DNA of 38,367 bases from a virus (taxonomy: Duplodnaviria; Caudoviricetes), in the IMG/VR virus record IMGVR_UViG_3300033076_001419, positions 1 to 38,367 of that record; one strand, 5' to 3'. Position numbers and translations under genes: made by a program. Below the pieces are notes generated by a model. It was not told the DNA's origin, did not search any database, and saw only the letters and a list, made by a program, of their open reading frames with translations. Shown here piece after piece: positions 33,995-38,367 of this stretch; position 1 is the first letter of the stretch, and each line of letters starts with the position of its first letter.

Positions 33995-34327
33995 ATGAAC
34001 ACCACGCACAGTGAGGGCTTCGTGAGCGATTCTGACATGCTGCAGTGGATCCTTCAGCAGATTTCGAAGAGGGGTCTGGCCGTACACACGTACCAAGACG
34101 AGGACAATCACAGGCGGCTAGACGTCCTCGGATACGCCAAGGAGTACCTCGGCCTTGACGCGTGGGCCGTAGAGAGAAAGCATGCCGCGCTACTGCGACT
34201 GCCAGAGATGCTCGGATTCCCACCTGGAGTCAGGGGGCTCATGCTGCTGGCCAGGTGGAATGATCAGTCTTCGGTTTACGACGTCATGAATAGGATCAGG
34301 GACGGAATCAAGGGCAAGGTGAACTGA
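33995..34327 (+). CDS. Hypothetical protein
   Basis: 110 aa, TGATG coupling to the nuclease gene. Confidence 0.6.
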   Translation: MNTTHSEGFVSDSDMLQWILQQISKRGLAVHTYQDEDNHRRLDVLGYAKEYLGLDAWAVERKHAALLRLPEMLGFPPGVRGLMLLARWNDQSSVYDVMNRIRDGIKGKVN

Positions 34328-35352
34328 TGCGAAAGGTCTCAAAGAATCTACTTGGCACTGCCAGCAAGACTTCGCTGATCCTGTCTCCGTGTGGGCACTG
34401 GATGGACAAGCGGGCCACCCAGGGTGGGAAGTCTACTATTCAGTCCGAGTTCGGAACCGACATTCACGGCTCGATCGAGAACTTTCTGAACGGCCGTTGG
34501 GACGGAGTCAATCCTGAGCACATTGAGATTTACTGCAAGCCGGCATTGAAGTTCATTGAGGACATCTCAGGATGCGTTGACGGCTCTGCAGATCCGATCC
34601 TTGTCGAGGAGTCAATGTTCATCACTGTAGATGGGGACACCAGCGGCTCGGTGGAGGACTACTCTGCATTAGATGGCATGGACAAGGGATGCTTCGCCGG
34701 CACAGCTGACGCTATGGTTCTACACGACAACAGCCGGGTAACCATTGTCGACTGGAAGACGGGAAACGGGTTCTTTGCCAGGGACCAGCTGCGTAGCCTT
34801 GGCGGCCTGGCCGTGAACGTCTACGACGCCAAGTCGGTGCGGATGATCTCTGCGGAGGTGCGGCCAAATGAGGTGAAAGCTGCACTAGACTTTGAAGAGT
34901 CTGCGGCCGACCTCGTATTTGCACTGGACAGGGTTCTTGCGGCACTCAGGCGTGGGCCTACGCTGCCTGTAGTTGGGGCGCACTGCTACGAGCACTTCTG
35001 CCCTCACCGAGAGAACTGCACCGGAATCCAGAGGGAGTTCTTTTCTGCAAAGAATACGGAACCAATGGACCTGGGACTCATGGACGACGAAGCTATCTAT
35101 CGCATGTACAGCGCCACAGCCACGACCATCAAGGATGCTGAGTCCGCAAAGGCCCGCGTGCTCGCCGAAGCTAGGAAGAGGGGCGGCTTGAAGCATCCTG
35201 GAGGGTTCTTCACGGAGACATTCCGTCAAGTAAAGCGAGTCTCCCAAGAGGACCTTATTGGTCTAGCTAAGAGCTTTGGCGCCACGGATGCCGACATCGA
35301 CTTGTGCCGCAAGGAAAGCAGGGAGTCTTCTGGTTGGAGGAATAAGAAATGA
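34327..35352 (+). CDS. PD-(D/E)XK (Cas4/RecB-like) exonuclease
   Basis: GTDIH, GTAD, IVDWKTG, QL, C-terminal HCYEHFCP...C cysteine cluster plus an N-terminal Cys. Confidence 0.85.
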   Translation: MRKVSKNLLGTASKTSLILSPCGHWMDKRATQGGKSTIQSEFGTDIHGSIENFLNGRWDGVNPEHIEIYCKPALKFIEDISGCVDGSADPILVEESMFITVDGDTSGSVEDYSALDGMDKGCFAGTADAMVLHDNSRVTIVDWKTGNGFFARDQLRSLGGLAVNVYDAKSVRMISAEVRPNEVKAALDFEESAADLVFALDRVLAALRRGPTLPVVGAHCYEHFCPHRENCTGIQREFFSAKNTEPMDLGLMDDEAIYRMYSATATTIKDAESAKARVLAEARKRGGLKHPGGFFTETFRQVKRVSQEDLIGLAKSFGATDADIDLCRKESRESSGWRNKK

Positions 35353-35732
35353 AAAGAGGTCCCGAAGCGAAGCTAAAGGCTGCAGTCATTCCTGCCCTGA
35401 AGGCTAGCGGTCTGATGTGGTGGAGGAACAACTCGGCTATGGTGCCCATATCGTTCCCCGGGCAGAAGACCAGGTTCATGCAGGTAGGCACGAAGGGCCT
35501 GCCTGACATCATGCTTGTCGGGAAGGACGGATGCCTATGGTGCCTGGAGCTGAAGGCTCCCAAGGGTAAGCTGTCAGACGACCAGAAGAAGTTCAGAAGC
35601 GGAGTGATGGGCACCTCGATCCACTTTTTCGTTGTGCGAACGGAGCAGCAGGCATCCGAGATCATTGCGGCCGCGCTCGGTGAGCCCATTAGCCAGATAT
35701 GGTTGGACGTCTACGAAGGGAAGTTCGAATGA
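35349..35732 (+). CDS. VRR-NUC domain nuclease / Holliday junction resolvase-like
   Basis: E...KGLPDI...LELKAPKGKLSDDQ. Confidence 0.85.
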   Translation: MKRGPEAKLKAAVIPALKASGLMWWRNNSAMVPISFPGQKTRFMQVGTKGLPDIMLVGKDGCLWCLELKAPKGKLSDDQKKFRSGVMGTSIHFFVVRTEQQASEIIAAALGEPISQIWLDVYEGKFE

Positions 35733-36517
35733 GGCGAGAAACTATCCGAGTGATTCTTCCTGACAGCCACGGAAACCACATCGACTGGGCCGCTGCGTAC
35801 GCTGCCGTAGGAGACATCAAGAGGCTGGCCCCACATGAGATCATTTTCCTTGGAGACCACCTGGACTGCGGTGGAACCTTCAACGCACACCAGCGCACCT
35901 ACGTGAGGGAGATGACCGAAAGCTACGAGGATGACTCGGACGCGGCCAACGCCTTTCTGGATGCCATTCAAAAGGTTGCGGGAGGGTGTGACGCCCACTA
36001 CCTCGAGGGTAACCACGAGCAGCACGTGGAGCGCTGGGCCGCCAGATCCATGCACGTACTCAAGGATGCCGAGGGCCTGGTAAAGCGGTATGGCCCCATG
36101 GCTGTCCTTCGGCTGAGGGATCGCGGCATCCGGTACTATCGCAGGAGCGAGACATATCAAGGCCTGTCTATCCCAGGAACCATAAAGCTAGGCAAGTGCT
36201 TCTTTACGCACGGCATCAGCCATGGTTCCAATGCGGCGGCAGAGCACCTTCGCAGGTTCGGAGCCAACATCGTCTACGGCCACTGCCACCGGGCAGAGTC
36301 GCGAGTTGAGCGTACCGTATCTTCTGACGGATTTATTGGGGCCTGCCCCGGGACGCTCGCCCTGCTGCAGCCACTCTATATGCACACAAGGCCTACGTCG
36401 TGGAGCCACGGATATGCGGTGCAGCACGTCCTGCCTTCTGGAGAGTTCATGCACCTGAACGTACCGATCATCAAGGGCAGGAGCCTGCTTTCAGAGCTGG
36501 CAAAGGCGGTGACATGA
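35729..36517 (+). CDS. Calcineurin-like metallophosphoesterase
   Basis: DSH, GDHLD, GNHE, HG, GHCH motifs. Confidence 0.9.
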   Translation: MRRETIRVILPDSHGNHIDWAAAYAAVGDIKRLAPHEIIFLGDHLDCGGTFNAHQRTYVREMTESYEDDSDAANAFLDAIQKVAGGCDAHYLEGNHEQHVERWAARSMHVLKDAEGLVKRYGPMAVLRLRDRGIRYYRRSETYQGLSIPGTIKLGKCFFTHGISHGSNAAAEHLRRFGANIVYGHCHRAESRVERTVSSDGFIGACPGTLALLQPLYMHTRPTSWSHGYAVQHVLPSGEFMHLNVPIIKGRSLLSELAKAVT

Positions 36518-36747
36518 GAGATCCTGCATGTACCTGTTACCTCGAGAAAAACTTCTCCGTACCATCTGACAGTCCGTGGCAAGTGATCGATGCGGAGTGT
36601 GAGGTGGTTGCCGAATGCAGTAAGAGGGAGTTTGCTGAGCTGATTGCGTGGTCACTGAACAATATGTCCAACTCCGATGGGGCCTGTAGGCTGCACCCCA
36701 ACGGCTGGACGAACGATGAAGTGGGAGCCCATGAGTTACTACGTTGA
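36514..36747 (+). CDS. Hypothetical protein
   Basis: ATGA coupling; 3' part of track ORF 36400-36747. Confidence 0.5.
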   Translation: MRDPACTCYLEKNFSVPSDSPWQVIDAECEVVAECSKREFAELIAWSLNNMSNSDGACRLHPNGWTNDEVGAHELLR

Positions 36748-37000
36748 GCTTCACTCCGGAGGCGGAGAGATTGACGGGGAAAAGGTGGACATGGACCTCT
36801 CTTTCACCGGTGGGTCTATGTGTGTGTTTTTGCAGTCACTGAATGAAAGGTCGAATATCCGCGCCAGTTACAGACTCCCGCTGGGCACGCTGAGAGTGCT
36901 GAAGAAGCTGCTGGACGAGCATCTTGATATCTACGCAGCCTACGAGACGGGACAGAACGGGGAAGTTACAGGCAGGATAAAGGATGAAGGAGGGAAGTAA
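36731..37000 (+). CDS. Hypothetical protein
   Basis: GGGAG RBS before MSYYVELHSGG. Confidence 0.55.
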   Translation: MSYYVELHSGGGEIDGEKVDMDLSFTGGSMCVFLQSLNERSNIRASYRLPLGTLRVLKKLLDEHLDIYAAYETGQNGEVTGRIKDEGGK

Positions 37001-37113
37001 TGAAGCTTGTGTTTGAGCAAGACGAGATTCTACTCATGGTGCGGCACTACCTGGTCACCCTTAGCGTCTACCGGCCCCAGGTGGCAGGGGACATCCGGCT
37101 GCATCTTTGTTAG
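37000..37113 (+). CDS. Small hypothetical protein (37 aa)
   Basis: GGAGG RBS, TAATG coupling; MKLVFEQDEILLMVRHYL... Confidence 0.4.
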   Translation: MKLVFEQDEILLMVRHYLVTLSVYRPQVAGDIRLHLC

Positions 37114-37293
37114 GTCCACCTGATGCGTGGTATGGTACCAGGCGGCTACCGAGTACAGCCCCACGCGAGATGACATGCGGGACATGGACTGGGGGCTTGG
37201 CGAAGAGATTGCGGTGATAGGCCCCGCTCACTAGTGGTACTATGTCCTACATATGTAGTAGAGTACACATTTCAGATATGCAAGAATAACGGT

Positions 37294-37956
37294 ATGGCCA
37301 AGCGCTTTGCCGTTATTCTCGCATTTTGTTCCATGTTGGTTGCCTGCTGCGGAGCAATCCCTGTAGTGCCCCAGATCACCAATGAGATGGGCTGGACCCG
37401 TGGAACCAGGATCACCTTCCACGCTGACGTGGACTTCGCCGAGTCAGAGCGGACTGCAATCGCAGCAGCCTGCCTCAACTGGGGCAGCTTCACGAATGGC
37501 GGCATCCGATGCGAGGTTGCTTTTGATAGGAACTTCCTCGATAAGCCGTACACCGGAGCAGCTGACGACTACGCCATTATCCGCACGGATGGCAAAGACC
37601 TGGCAGAGCTCATCTCCATGGTCGATGACGACGAGGTTAATCCCAGGGGCATCCTTGGGTACGCTCCTCATTCCTGGAACCTGATCACCGGAGATCGTAC
37701 TGCTGTCATCTTCCTGGCCATGGACAATATCTTCCGAGGACCGGGCGACTCTGCGTATGGCCAGTACCGTGCGCTCAACATCGTCACCAAGCACGAGATG
37801 GGTCACGTATTCGGATTCCTCCACGTCGATGAGGACCACCAGCGCCCCAACGTCATGCACGGACAACTAAGCCCGACCGATTTGCTAACCGGCCGGGCTG
37901 GAGGGTTTGGCGATGATGACTTCTGTCAGTGCATCAGGCTTGGTCTTTGCCGCTAG
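37294..37956 (+). CDS. Zinc metalloprotease (matrixin/M10-like metzincin), predicted lipoprotein
   Basis: HEMGHVFGFLH (HExxHxxGxxH), Met-turn NVM, LGYA; signal MAKRFAVILAFCSMLVACC. Confidence 0.85.
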   Translation: MAKRFAVILAFCSMLVACCGAIPVVPQITNEMGWTRGTRITFHADVDFAESERTAIAAACLNWGSFTNGGIRCEVAFDRNFLDKPYTGAADDYAIIRTDGKDLAELISMVDDDEVNPRGILGYAPHSWNLITGDRTAVIFLAMDNIFRGPGDSAYGQYRALNIVTKHEMGHVFGFLHVDEDHQRPNVMHGQLSPTDLLTGRAGGFGDDDFCQCIRLGLCR

Positions 37957-38367
37957 TGTGGCTGCCTACAGGCCCAGCACATAAAGCCATCGACCTTGAC
38001 CGCGTAGGGTGAGACCTCGTTACATCGGGCGCACACGGGTCCATACTCCTCCTTTGGAGCGTATTCAATATCTCCCTCGACCTCCCATCCGATAGAGTCA
38101 GAACGCCAGACGAGGACCTTGCCGTCGTGCTTTGTGCGCCACAGGCCATCAGCTCCGCGCCAGTTTCCGTTGACATCGTCCTTGTCGGTGACCCACTGCA
38201 TCAAGTTGTCGATACCCAGCGGCTTGAATGTTATGGAGATTCTGGAGTCTGGCGCAGTGTAGCCACTCAGGATCGCGGCCACACGCTCGGTCATGTAGGC
38301 CTCGTAACGCCTGGCTATGGACTCAAAAGACTCCTGGGTGTTGCAGTAGTCCTCCAACGTGAACTGC
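37953..38367 (-). CDS. Hypothetical protein, start uncertain or outside the window
   Basis: Open to the window edge; C-terminal CARC...CWAC zinc-ribbon-like motif. Confidence 0.55.
   Translation of the reverse strand, partial: QFTLEDYCNTQESFESIARRYEAYMTERVAAILSGYTAPDSRISITFKPLGIDNLMQWVTDKDDVNGNWRGADGLWRTKHDGKVLVWRSDSIGWEVEGDIEYAPKEEYGPVCARCNEVSPYAVKVDGFMCWACRQPH

Noticed and set aside
34327-35352. Cas4-like nuclease as evidence of a CRISPR-Cas system
   Set aside because: Stand-alone PD-(D/E)XK exonucleases are common in phage recombination modules alongside ERF and SSB; no cas1/cas2 or array
38300-38367. Window as a complete circular genome
   Set aside because: No terminal overlap with base 1, and the nucleotidase truncated at base 1 does not continue recognisably at the right end, so some sequence is missing

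Overview
Most of the genome of a tailed dsDNA phage, probably with podovirus morphology. It has a terminase, portal, scaffold, major capsid, adaptor/nozzle and long Ala/Gly-rich ejection-type proteins, and no tape measure or major tail tube was recognised. The host is plausibly a myxobacterium or related deltaproteobacterium; this is inferred, not demonstrated. Layout: a truncated leftward HAD 5'-nucleotidase (1-147); a regulatory block (148-600); an amidoligase + class II glutamine amidotransferase + small lipoprotein module (611-3290); a second regulatory block and likely genome-end region (3300-3720); packaging and structural genes (3722-26122); endolysin; a leftward DnaB arm; and a rightward ERF/SSB/nuclease/phosphoesterase arm. 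Most unusual features: (1) two dense, bidirectional arrays of sigma54-type GG-N10-GC boxes (4 at 377-443, 9-10 at 3432-3674) bracket the amidoligase module, and a 17-bp palindrome TTACAGTGNCACTGTAA is interleaved with the left array and sits beside the right one; (2) GATC is absent from about 386-4732; (3) a tRNA-like RNA with no convincing anticodon arm sits next to an Sm/Hfq-like ORF and RS/W- and GYG-repeat micro-ORFs; (4) a recurrent TGC-TANNNT-N6-ATG leaderless promoter architecture. No integrase, DNA polymerase, primase, reverse transcriptase or CRISPR array was seen. All calls come from reading motifs by eye; no searches were run.
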